A stretch of 40,710 nt of DNA from NCBI GenBank assembly GCA_963582035.1, contig CAUZRA010000001.1, forward strand, positions 1 through 40,710. The letters run 5' to 3'. The translations under genes and the position numbers were made by a program. Below are positions 9,665-19,480 of the stretch, piece after piece. The stretch comes from Vicinamibacteria bacterium. Its GTDB lineage: Bacteria > Acidobacteriota > Vicinamibacteria > Vicinamibacterales > UBA8438. Within the stretch, counting starts at the first letter, position 1. Each line of letters opens with the position of its first letter. The notes under the pieces are model-generated. The model did not search any database and was not told the origin of the DNA. It saw only the letters and a program-made list of their open reading frames with translations.

Positions 9665-10081
9665 CTATTCGAAACCCAAGAGGTCGTAAAAGATTGACAC
9701 GAGGGCTCCGGTCACCGTAATTCCTACGCCCACCTCGATCACGAGCATGCCGAGGCTACGCGGTTCAGCACCGGGAAGAATGCCGTAATCCAGATAATTA
9801 GCCCCGAGGAGCAGACTCAGCACACCAACGCCCGCGTAGAGCAAGACGCCGGTGCTAGTGGCGGCCGTGGCCATAGCAACGGAAAACCTTCGTTGTACGG
9901 GTTCTAACCCATCACACAAAACGAGGAGCATGACACTTGATGCAAGGATGACTCCACCCTGAAATCCACCGCCGGGACTGCTGTGCCCGTGCATGATGAC
10001 GTAGAGCCCAAAAATTTGGACGAATGGCACAAGTCGCCGACACACAACCTTGAGAATGATACTTGGCGCAACGTCTTTCAA
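9665..10081 (-). CDS. mrpB: Na+/H+ antiporter subunit B (MrpB/MnhB-type)
   Basis: 138 aa. It carries the HGHSSPGGGFQGGVILAS signature shared with MrpB/MbhF-type subunits. There is a 3-nt gap to the upstream gene and a 7-nt gap to mrpC. Confidence 0.8.
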   Translation of the reverse strand: MKDVAPSIILKVVCRRLVPFVQIFGLYVIMHGHSSPGGGFQGGVILASSVMLLVLCDGLEPVQRRFSVAMATAATSTGVLLYAGVGVLSLLLGANYLDYGILPGAEPRSLGMLVIEVGVGITVTGALVSIFYDLLGFE

Positions 10082-10084
10082 CGG

Positions 10085-10363
10085 CTACTGTTCCTCCCGA
10101 TGGCTGCGCAGGATGAGGAGAACAGCCATTGCTCCGGTAAAAACGACTGCCGTTTCCACCAGAGTGTCAAACCCTCGATAATCCGCAAGAACTGCAGTGA
10201 CCATGTTCGGCACCGCGGTTTCCTTAAGGCTGTCCTCAATGTATCGCGGGGACACATGAACGGCTGGTGCGGACTGCGGGTCACCTGTGTTCGGCATGTC
10301 AAGTGAGCCGAGAAACAACAACAGACCTGTTAAGCCGGTGACGACCAGATGCAGATAGTTCAA
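10085..10363 (-). CDS. Small MnhB-domain membrane protein, equivalent to part of the MrpA C-terminal region (MbhE-like)
   Basis: 92 aa. The motif NMVTAVLADYRGFDTLVETAVVFTGAMAV matches the MnhB-domain signature found in the C-terminal part of full-length MrpA. It overlaps the upstream gene by 4 nt. Confidence 0.75.
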   Translation of the reverse strand: MNYLHLVVTGLTGLLLFLGSLDMPNTGDPQSAPAVHVSPRYIEDSLKETAVPNMVTAVLADYRGFDTLVETAVVFTGAMAVLLILRSHREEQ

Positions 10364-10605
10364 TCTTTACTCACCCTAGCTGTTTTAAAGACAGTTACAA
10401 CGAAGAACACCGTTGTTACCCCAGCGCCCACGGCTGCTTCTGTGAACGCTACGTCGACTGCACCCATTTCAATCCACAAGAGACACATGAATAGGCTGAA
10501 GGCTCCAAGCAAAACAACCGATGCCAGCAAGTCTCTAACGCTAACGGCGGCAATCGCACACACAACGGTAAGACCTAATAGAACGATGTCGAGCTGCCAG
10601 ATCAC
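10360..10605 (-). CDS. Small DUF4040-type membrane protein, equivalent to part of the MrpA C-terminal region (MbhD-like)
   Basis: The motif GAVDVAFTEAAVGAGVTT resembles the DUF4040/MbhD signature. The track start (GTG at 10626) overlaps mrpG by 25 nt. An in-frame GTG at 10603-10605 forms a GTGA overlap with the mrpG stop and is preceded by AAGGAGA at 7-nt spacing, so the 81-aa version is preferred. Confidence 0.7.
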   Translation of the reverse strand: MIWQLDIVLLGLTVVCAIAAVSVRDLLASVVLLGAFSLFMCLLWIEMGAVDVAFTEAAVGAGVTTVFFVVTVFKTARVSKD

Positions 10606-10916
10606 TCGCGTTCTCCTTTTGTCCACAACGGTAGCCGATTGGTGTAAGCAGCTCGGGCAATCGCGTGGGCTGCGGTGGGACTGGTGAAGAAAATGAAAAC
10701 GGCAATAACGAGCAACTTTGCACTAGAGAAATCGAAACCTTGATAGGTTGCTAACCCCACCAGTAAGAGCAGGCTCCCCAGCGTGTCACATTTGCCGGCG
10801 GCATGCATCCTTGTGTAAAAATCAGGAAACCGGATTAGCCCAACAGCTCCCATCAATAGAAAGAAAATACCGGCGCAAATCAAGAACGCGGCGAGTACCG
10901 TCACCGCGCTTGTCAT
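10602..10916 (-). CDS. mrpG: Na+/H+ antiporter subunit G (MrpG/MnhG)
   Basis: 104 aa. GAVGLIRFPDFYTRMHAAGKCDTLGS is the characteristic MnhG/PhaG motif. It has an ATGA overlap with the mrpF stop. Confidence 0.85.
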   Translation of the reverse strand: MTSAVTVLAAFLICAGIFFLLMGAVGLIRFPDFYTRMHAAGKCDTLGSLLLLVGLATYQGFDFSSAKLLVIAVFIFFTSPTAAHAIARAAYTNRLPLWTKGERE

Positions 10917-11188
10917 GAATTTTCCACACCTTTCTGTTCGAAGTATCGTGCAAAAGCCAACGTACCGATAAAGTTGATAAGCGCATACACAAAGGCAATG
11001 TCGATAAAAAACTCGACGCGGTCAAAGAGATAACCAGTCAACACAATCACGGCTATAGTTTTGGTGCCGATAACGTTCACGCCGATAATGCGATCAATGA
11101 TGTGCGGTCCCGCCACAACCCGGTAAAGAGAGAGTAGAACGGCGAACAAAATCGTCAAGGACGTGATCAAAAAGAATGTGTAGGACAT
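10913..11188 (-). CDS. mrpF: Na+/H+ antiporter subunit F (MrpF/MnhF)
   Basis: 91 aa with three helices. The motif is YRVVAGPHIIDRIIGVNVIG (MrpF/PhaF-like GP..DR). An AAGG Shine-Dalgarno lies in the 18-nt gap after mrpE. Confidence 0.82.
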   Translation of the reverse strand: MSYTFFLITSLTILFAVLLSLYRVVAGPHIIDRIIGVNVIGTKTIAVIVLTGYLFDRVEFFIDIAFVYALINFIGTLAFARYFEQKGVENS

Positions 11189-11206
11189 GACGCAAACCTT
11201 ATCGCT

Positions 11207-11722
11207 CTAGGCTTCCCTCTCATCACTCGATTCAAGGAACACCTGTCGGACCCTGCTTTCCATGTCACCTGTCAGCACTGCTTGTGCGGCCTTTTCACTT
11301 AACGCATGTACATGAAACTCCCCATCTTGAATGTCCAATGTGATGGTTCCTGGTGTCAGCGTAATTGAGTTGCCAAGCGCCACGCGTGCCATGTCGCTCT
11401 TTAGTCTCGTCCGAAATCGAACAATCTGAGGACGAATTTGTCCTGGTCGAAACACAAGATAAACGACATGGAAATTTGCTGCGACAATTTCACGCAAGAG
11501 CCACGGAATATAGAGACAAAACCGCCACATTTGGCTGAGCCATAATCGGGACGATGCATTGGGGAGTAACAGGTCGTAAGAGAGTGCGGCAACGAGGGCA
11601 CAACAAACGAAGCCGAGACCGAGGTGTAAGCCATCGAAATGGCCGGAGAAAACCAGCCAGAAGACAAATAGAATTGCAAACGTGGCTGCTCTTCTGAAGC
11701 TTGCTGAACGTCCCTCGATCAT
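11207..11722 (-). CDS. mrpE: Na+/H+ antiporter subunit E (MrpE/MnhE), first gene of the operon
   Basis: 171 aa. Two N-terminal helices are followed by ...VALGNSITLTPGTITLDIQDGEFHVHAL..., typical of the MnhE family. Confidence 0.82.
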   Translation of the reverse strand: MIEGRSASFRRAATFAILFVFWLVFSGHFDGLHLGLGFVCCALVAALSYDLLLPNASSRLWLSQMWRFCLYIPWLLREIVAANFHVVYLVFRPGQIRPQIVRFRTRLKSDMARVALGNSITLTPGTITLDIQDGEFHVHALSEKAAQAVLTGDMESRVRQVFLESSDEREA

Positions 11723-12010
11723 ATCCTAGAGAAATTCTAACGGACCATCAGCCAAGCTCCAACTTAGCTTATCGGCGGAGTGATTTTGGGCGGGGCAACC
11801 GTTACGAGGCGCACAGTCAGTTCGGCGTCATCCTGTAATGTTCGACTGATTCAATAATCCCCATTCTAATGGATGACGGACTCACATTCCGTGGCGCACA
11901 AATGTAAGCAAGTGCTGGATGGCGTGACCGGTCGTCCGTGTTGTGCGGTGCCGATTCTAAGCTGAAGAGTATCAACCTGTTGAGATCGAAGAGCACAAAC
12001 ACCAAAAGAC

Positions 12011-12165
12011 ATACCCGCGGACGGTAGGCTCCCCCAGAAGGAGGGTGCTCCGTCCGGCAGGCGGTCCGTTCAGGTCCGCCTCCGGCATTATCGCGCCCAG
12101 CTAGTCGAACACAAGAAGCCCTTTTCCTACCCGCACCCTGTATTGCTGTACAGGCAGCCCCTTAC
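12011..12165. ncRNA. GC-rich, multi-helix non-coding element of unknown class (candidate structured RNA or mrp leader); strand not resolved
   Basis: The element lies inside the 478-bp gap 11723-12200. Four complementary segment pairs are readable directly. (1) CGGACGG 12018-12024 pairs with CCGTCCG 12050-12056. (2) AGGCGG 12059-12064 pairs with CCGCCT 12076-12081, flanked by CCGG at 12054-12057 and 12082-12085. (3) CCTGTA 12137-12142 pairs with TACAGG 12149-12154. (4) GGTAGG 12023-12028 pairs with CCTACC 12126-12131; this long-range helix is partly exclusive with the first. There is no plausible ORF, and the local GC is visibly above that of the flanks. Confidence 0.3.
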
Positions 12166-12200
12166 TTAGTTCTGACAAGTCAAATGCGAGAAACAAGCCG

Positions 12201-12920
12201 TTACTCGATTGCCGTGATAATCCAACGGCTATCAACCAATTCGTCGCCCTCACCACCCCGGATCTCAGCCTTTTGAATGGTCATCACCATCGTTCGGTCT
12301 GAGGAACTACCGTCCTTCTCAATAGAGACGGTCACGGTTAAGTCCTTGGTAACTATATCGCCGTCATACGCGGTGACGTCGATAGGGTTCGACGGATCGA
12401 AGACACTCGCATTAGCAATCTGTACCGCTCGTTGTAACTCGACTGTAGCATCTGATACTTTTTGTGCGTAAGAACGTTCTTCATCGACGAGGTTGTTCCA
12501 CATTCCCTGAACTTCTTCATCGGCTCCGGTAATATCTTCTTCCGCCCGCTGCGCTTCAATTACCCGGCCAATGGCTTCCTCGTTCTCGTCCTGATACATC
12601 CTTTTTTCTTCTCGGAATGCCTCTTCTGCTTCCCGAGCACCTACGAGATCTCCGCTTAGTTCTTGCATCCGCAGAGGAACCCTCTGCTCCTCCTGCATGC
12701 TATCAATGCTTGGACTCGACGCAATTCCTTCCTCCTCGGGCGGGAAAAAGACCATTGACATGTTGCCCACGGTAGACCGATCGTTAAACCGAGACGCTTG
12801 GAAGAACGCCCGAACGAGCTGGGATTCTTCTCCCCCTCCGCCACAGGCTGTTAAGAATCCGCCTCCAATAAATAGCCCAGTGATGACGATAAGTGATCGC
12901 TTAATGATTACACGAGACAT
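12201..12920 (-). CDS. Lipoprotein of unknown function (signal peptide plus lipobox, acidic helical middle, beta-rich ends)
   Basis: 239 aa. The N-terminus MSRVIIKRSLIVITGLFIGGGFLTAC has a type II signal peptide with lipobox L-T-A-C followed by GGGG. The central ~90 aa are Glu/Arg-rich (REAEEAFREEKRMYQDENEEAIGRVIEAQRAEED). A strong Shine-Dalgarno GAGGAGG lies 7 nt upstream of the ATG, and the gene starts 38 nt after the gyrA stop. Confidence 0.8.
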   Translation of the reverse strand: MSRVIIKRSLIVITGLFIGGGFLTACGGGGEESQLVRAFFQASRFNDRSTVGNMSMVFFPPEEEGIASSPSIDSMQEEQRVPLRMQELSGDLVGAREAEEAFREEKRMYQDENEEAIGRVIEAQRAEEDITGADEEVQGMWNNLVDEERSYAQKVSDATVELQRAVQIANASVFDPSNPIDVTAYDGDIVTKDLTVTVSIEKDGSSSDRTMVMTIQKAEIRGGEGDELVDSRWIITAIE

Positions 12921-12958
12921 GGCAGTGCCTCCTCTACAATTAAAAGATGTAACGTAAC

Positions 12959-15442
12959 TTAATTTCCAGGGACAACGTGTTCTTCGCCGCCCCGCTCGAC
13001 GAGTCGCGCAATTGAAACAACGTTGTCCTCTGTATCAATCTCAATCAACCGAACACCCTGAGTAGCTCGGCCTATCGACCGTATATCACGAGCCTCTGTC
13101 CTAAGCACTTTACCCTGCTGGGTGATAATCATCACCTCATTTCCCTCATCATCAAGATATGTAACGCCTACGACAGGACCATTTCTCTCACTCGCATAAA
13201 TATTAATGATACCCACTCCACCCCTCGATTGCACGCGATATTCTTCGATCCGGGTACGTTTCCCGTAACCCTTCTCTGTCACGCTCAGGAGCGTGCCTCC
13301 AGGCCGTACAACCGCCATAGCGACAACTTGATCACCGTTTCGAAGCCTGATTCCCCGTACGCCGAACGTCATTCTCCCGGTTGGTCGGACATTTTCTTCA
13401 GAAAAACGTATCGCTTTTCCCTCGCGTGTCCCAAGAAGAACCTGCCCTTTTCCATCACTCAACTCTGCACCAACAACTGCATCATCGCTTCTAACCCTAG
13501 CGGCTATAACCCCGTCGGCGCGAGGGTGTCGAAAGGCCCGAAGGTCGGTTTTTTTTACAATTCCCCTCCGCGTTCCCATGACCACAAAACGCTCGCCGTC
13601 AACCTGGGGGAAATCCCTGATTGTTTGAAGTGCGGCTATTTTCTCGTCCGGAGCCATCTTCACAAGATTGGCAATTGACTTGCCTCGTCCGTCAGGTCCG
13701 ACATCCGGAATCCTGTGGACTTTGAGCCAGTAGACACGCCCGCGGTCAGAAAAAATCAAAATGTATGCGTGGGTTGATGCCACGAACAATTGCGTGAGAA
13801 AATCTTCGCCCCTGGTCCGCATTCCAATGCGACCCTTCCCGCCTCTTTTCTGATTCCGGTATTCAGTCACTGCTGTTCGCTTGATGTAACCAGTGTTGCT
13901 CACCGTGATAGCGACGTCCTCATCAGCGATGAGATCTTCTATTTCAAAGTCTCCTTCAGCTTCGATAATCTCTGTCCTTCGCGGGTCACCGTATTTCTCT
14001 TGCGTCTCTCTGAGTTCCCTAACCACGATCTCCATTAAGAGTGTTTCGCTCGCGAGAATTGCGCGAAGACGTTCAATTGTTCGCATCAGCTCAGCTAATT
14101 CGTCAACGATCTTCTGCCGTTCCAGTCCTGTCAACCGCTGGAGTTGCATGTCGAGAATCGCCTGCGCTTGGAGCTTTGTGAGTGAAAATTGCGTTTCAAG
14201 ACCATTCCGAGCTTCTGTGGGATTGTTTGAAGCCCGGATCAATTTGATAACTGTATCCAAATGGTCCAGTGCTATTTTTAGTCCTTCAAGAATATGAGCA
14301 CGTGCTTCGGCTTTCCGAAGATCGTGTTCAGTTCTTCGTCGGACGATCTCACGACGGAATTCAACAAAATGCTCGACAACGTCAAGCAACGAAAGAACCT
14401 GCGGTCGCCCCGCAACAATGGCGAGTGTGATGATGCCGAAAAATGTCTGCAGTTGTGTGTGCTTGAAAAGATTATTTAAAACCACTTCCGGCACTTCGCC
14501 ACGCTTGAGTTCTATAACGATCCGCATGCCAGATCGATCCGACTCATCACGTAAATCGGCAATACCTTCAATAGTTTTTTCCCGCGTCAGTCCTGCAATC
14601 TTTTCAAGCAGCCGTGCTTTATTAATTTGATAGGGAATCTCCGTAACAATAATTGCATCTCTTTCGCTCTTCTTGTCCGAGATTTCAATGGCTGTCCGGG
14701 CGCGCATGGTAATGGAACCACGACCGGTGCGATAAGCCTGTGCAATACCAGCACGCCCAATAATAAAACCGCCTGTTGGGAAATCAGGACCCGGAATCCG
14801 ACCTAAAAGTTCACGTTCCTTTACTGCAACATCTTCGGTCAGATGCTCAGCAACCCATACAACGCCGTCGATTACTTCACGAAGGTTATGCGGTGGAATA
14901 TTAGTCGCCATACCAACCGCGATTCCGGCTGAACCATTCACGATCAAATTCGGAAATGGCGCTGGTAACACCGAGGGTTCTTGAGTGGTCTCGTCGTAAT
15001 TAGGAACAAAGTCAACGGTCTCTTTATCGAGGTCCGCCATCAAATCATCAGACAAAGGCCTCAGTTTTGCCTCGGTATAACGCATTGCCGCTGGAGGGTC
15101 TCCATCCACCGACCCAAAATTGCCCTGGCCGTCTACCAAGGGATAGCGCATGTTGAAGTCCTGCGCTAGCCGCGCGAGCGTGTCATAGATAGATGCGTCT
15201 CCATGGGGGTGTAAATTACCCATCACTTCGCCGACGATCTTCGCGCACTTTCGGTAAGTTCGATTTGCAGACAACCCCATCGAACCCATGCCGAAAATCA
15301 CTCGTCGATGAACAGGCTTAAGACCATCCCTTACGTCTGGTAATGCCCGGCCGATGATTACGCTCATGGCGTAATCCATGTACGACCGGCGCATCTCGTC
15401 TTCGATGTTTACAGGAATATTTGATTGATTAGTATCTGACAT
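12959..15442 (-). CDS. gyrA: DNA gyrase subunit A
   Basis: 827 aa. It carries DGLKPVHRR, the [14 protein letters not shown], the active-site [10 protein letters not shown] and C-terminal beta-pinwheel repeats. Confidence 0.97.
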   Translation of the reverse strand: MSDTNQSNIPVNIEDEMRRSYMDYAMSVIIGRALPDVRDGLKPVHRRVIFGMGSMGLSANRTYRKCAKIVGEVMGNLHPHGDASIYDTLARLAQDFNMRYPLVDGQGNFGSVDGDPPAAMRYTEAKLRPLSDDLMADLDKETVDFVPNYDETTQEPSVLPAPFPNLIVNGSAGIAVGMATNIPPHNLREVIDGVVWVAEHLTEDVAVKERELLGRIPGPDFPTGGFIIGRAGIAQAYRTGRGSITMRARTAIEISDKKSERDAIIVTEIPYQINKARLLEKIAGLTREKTIEGIADLRDESDRSGMRIVIELKRGEVPEVVLNNLFKHTQLQTFFGIITLAIVAGRPQVLSLLDVVEHFVEFRREIVRRRTEHDLRKAEARAHILEGLKIALDHLDTVIKLIRASNNPTEARNGLETQFSLTKLQAQAILDMQLQRLTGLERQKIVDELAELMRTIERLRAILASETLLMEIVVRELRETQEKYGDPRRTEIIEAEGDFEIEDLIADEDVAITVSNTGYIKRTAVTEYRNQKRGGKGRIGMRTRGEDFLTQLFVASTHAYILIFSDRGRVYWLKVHRIPDVGPDGRGKSIANLVKMAPDEKIAALQTIRDFPQVDGERFVVMGTRRGIVKKTDLRAFRHPRADGVIAARVRSDDAVVGAELSDGKGQVLLGTREGKAIRFSEENVRPTGRMTFGVRGIRLRNGDQVVAMAVVRPGGTLLSVTEKGYGKRTRIEEYRVQSRGGVGIINIYASERNGPVVGVTYLDDEGNEVMIITQQGKVLRTEARDIRSIGRATQGVRLIEIDTEDNVVSIARLVERGGEEHVVPGN

Positions 15443-15482
15443 GCTGAACTGGAGTCGCCCGTTAAAAACTTAGTGGAACCCG

Positions 15483-18089
<2,607 letters not shown>

Positions 18090-18092
18090 TCA

Positions 18093-19214
18093 TTACACAC
18101 GCATCGGCATAATTACGTAGGTATAACTCGCTTCCTGTCCAGCAGGATGCATCACCGCCTGGCTCATTTCATCTTTGAGTTCAAGAACAACACTGTCTGT
18201 GTCGACTGCTGCAAGAAAATCGAGCACATACTGAGCGTTAAAACAAATTTCTACCTCGCCGTCACCATAATTAACCGCCAGTTCTTCCGCTGCTTCCCCG
18301 ACCTCAGCGCTCTCTGACCGGACTTCTACCATGCCATCAGATAGCCGCATTTTCACTGCCTGTGACCGTTCGCTCGAGAGAAGCCTTACTCTTTTTATGG
18401 CACTTGTTAGGCGGTCGCGATCAAATTCAATTTTTTTATCATTCCCTTTTGGGATTACTCGTTCAAACGCGGGAAACTGCGCGTCGATCATTCTAGAAAT
18501 TAACTGGCGTCCATCAACCTTAAAAAAGAGATGAGCTTCGCCACATTCGTACAGAATATCCTTACTTTCTCCGACCGCAAGAAGTTTCGAAAGCTCTATT
18601 AGTGTTTTTTTTGGGAAAATTGTTCGGGCTTCTTCTATTTCCTCTGGCTCTCTCGGGGTTGTAGCCAACGCTAAGCGATGTCCATCAGTTGCTATCAAAT
18701 CCATAGAGTCTTTTTTTAAAACAAAAAGGGCGCCATTTAAAAAATACCGCGTATCTTCACCAGTAATAGCAAACTGAGTTCTCGAAATCATTAAACGCAA
18801 CAAGTCACGCGAGAGTAATATTTGGGTTTTTCCTGGTGGTTCTAGTACAGCAGGAAAATCATTACTAGGAAGAGTTTGTATCTTTGATTTAAATTGATCC
18901 GCTGTAATTACTACTTGGTTTTTGTCTTCATCCTTTTTAATCCTAATGTCTGTTTCTGGAAGCTCACGAACAATTTCGAACAGTTTCTTAGCTGGTAGCG
19001 TAAGGACTCCAGGTTTCTTAATCGAAGCCTTACACTCACTACGAAGACCTAGCTCTAAATCAGTAGCTAAAAGCTTAATAGTGTCCCCTGTTCCTGCCTC
19101 TACCAATAGATTCGCAAGGATCGGAATGGTATTTTTTCGTTCAATTATTCCCTGAAAAAAATAGAGTTCTCGTAAGAGATCACTCTTTCGAACACTTAAA
19201 TCCATGGAACTCAA
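18093..19214 (-). CDS. dnaN: DNA polymerase III beta sliding clamp
   Basis: 373 aa. It has the three-domain clamp pattern (...TIPILANLLVEA...LLATDLELG...ATDGHRLA...IMPMRV) and sits immediately downstream of dnaA. Confidence 0.95.
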   Translation of the reverse strand: MSSMDLSVRKSDLLRELYFFQGIIERKNTIPILANLLVEAGTGDTIKLLATDLELGLRSECKASIKKPGVLTLPAKKLFEIVRELPETDIRIKKDEDKNQVVITADQFKSKIQTLPSNDFPAVLEPPGKTQILLSRDLLRLMISRTQFAITGEDTRYFLNGALFVLKKDSMDLIATDGHRLALATTPREPEEIEEARTIFPKKTLIELSKLLAVGESKDILYECGEAHLFFKVDGRQLISRMIDAQFPAFERVIPKGNDKKIEFDRDRLTSAIKRVRLLSSERSQAVKMRLSDGMVEVRSESAEVGEAAEELAVNYGDGEVEICFNAQYVLDFLAAVDTDSVVLELKDEMSQAVMHPAGQEASYTYVIMPMRV

Positions 19215-19282
19215 GACCTCGATTGGAGAGCCAAGACCGATTGATCAGTTAATAACTACATGATCAATAAAAACTTATATAA

Positions 19283-19310
19283 ATTATAACAAGAAAGAAG
19301 GTCTGTTGAA
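19283..19310 (-). promoter_or_regulatory. Candidate sigma70-type promoter reading toward dnaN
   Basis: On the minus strand this reads TTCAAC (19305-19310), 16 nt, then TGT-TATAAT (hexamer at 19283-19288, extended -10). The dnaN ATG is about 70 nt downstream. Confidence 0.35.
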
Positions 19311-19320
19311 ACCGCGGATG

Positions 19321-19390
19321 GTTATTTTAAGTATATTAAAATCAACTATTTAACGTTATTAAAAGTAACTTAAAACGGTGGGTTATTGTA
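19321..19390. repeat. AT-rich direct repeats (candidate DUE elements)
   Basis: GTTATTTTAAGTA at 19321-19333 and GTTATTAAAAGTA at 19355-19367 match at 11 of 13 positions. A third copy, GTTATTGTA, lies at 19382-19390. Confidence 0.4.
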
Positions 19391-19398
19391 GGGCTACT

Positions 19399-19457
19399 TG
19401 TGGATATATTTTCATCCACAAAATATCCACCAGTAACAAGTGGTTGATTGTGGATAA
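19399..19457. promoter_or_regulatory. Cluster of four DnaA boxes
   Basis: TGTGGATAA at 19449-19457 is the reverse complement of the consensus TTATCCACA (perfect match). TCATCCACA at 19412-19420 has 1 mismatch. TGTGGATAT at 19399-19407 is the reverse complement ATATCCACA with 1 mismatch. ATATCCACC at 19423-19431 has 2 mismatches. Confidence 0.7.
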
Positions 19458-19480
19458 AGACCTTTAAGTAAACCTATTTA

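Larger units (their letters stand above)
19215..19480. other. Candidate chromosomal replication origin (oriC): DnaA-box cluster plus AT-rich unwinding region in the dnaA-dnaN spacer
   Basis: This is a 266-bp non-coding, very AT-rich spacer. Four DnaA boxes are clustered at the dnaA-proximal end and an AT-rich tract with GTTATT-type repeats sits at the dnaN-proximal side. The layout matches dnaA-dnaN intergenic origins known in many bacteria. Confidence 0.6.

Noticed and set aside
10606-10626. Longer start (GTG at 10626) for the DUF4040-like gene
   Set aside because: It would overlap mrpG by 25 nt. The bases it would encode (GACAAAAGGAGAACG) contain a good Shine-Dalgarno for the downstream GTG at 10605, which forms a GTGA stop/start overlap.
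11761-11775. AGCTTATCGGCGG resembling the GGCUUAUCGG near the 3' end of bacterial RNase P RNA
   Set aside because: In this plus-strand orientation the body of the RNA would have to lie inside mrpE. The universally conserved GGAAAGUCCGG core is absent on both strands of 11700-12200. The resemblance is coincidental.
11817-12005. 62-aa minus-strand ORF inside the structured gap
   Set aside because: It has no Shine-Dalgarno, its composition is not protein-like, and it overlaps predicted helices. It is more parsimoniously non-coding.
11723-12200. Tested the structured gap by eye as tmRNA, SRP RNA, 6S RNA, tRNA/tRNA-Sec, and TPP or cobalamin riboswitches
   Set aside because: The minus strand begins GGGGCUGCC..., reminiscent of a tmRNA 5' end. 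However, there is no matching 3' acceptor strand, T-arm or CCA region. There is no SRP GGAA-tetraloop/AGCAGC motif, no cloverleaf, no long 6S-type rod, and no CUGAGA or B12-box cores. The class is left unknown rather than forced.
13229-14297. 149-aa and 134-aa ORFs antisense to gyrA
   Set aside because: The same reasoning applies: they are shadow ORFs of a long conserved gene, with Ser/Arg-rich translations and no ribosome-binding sites.
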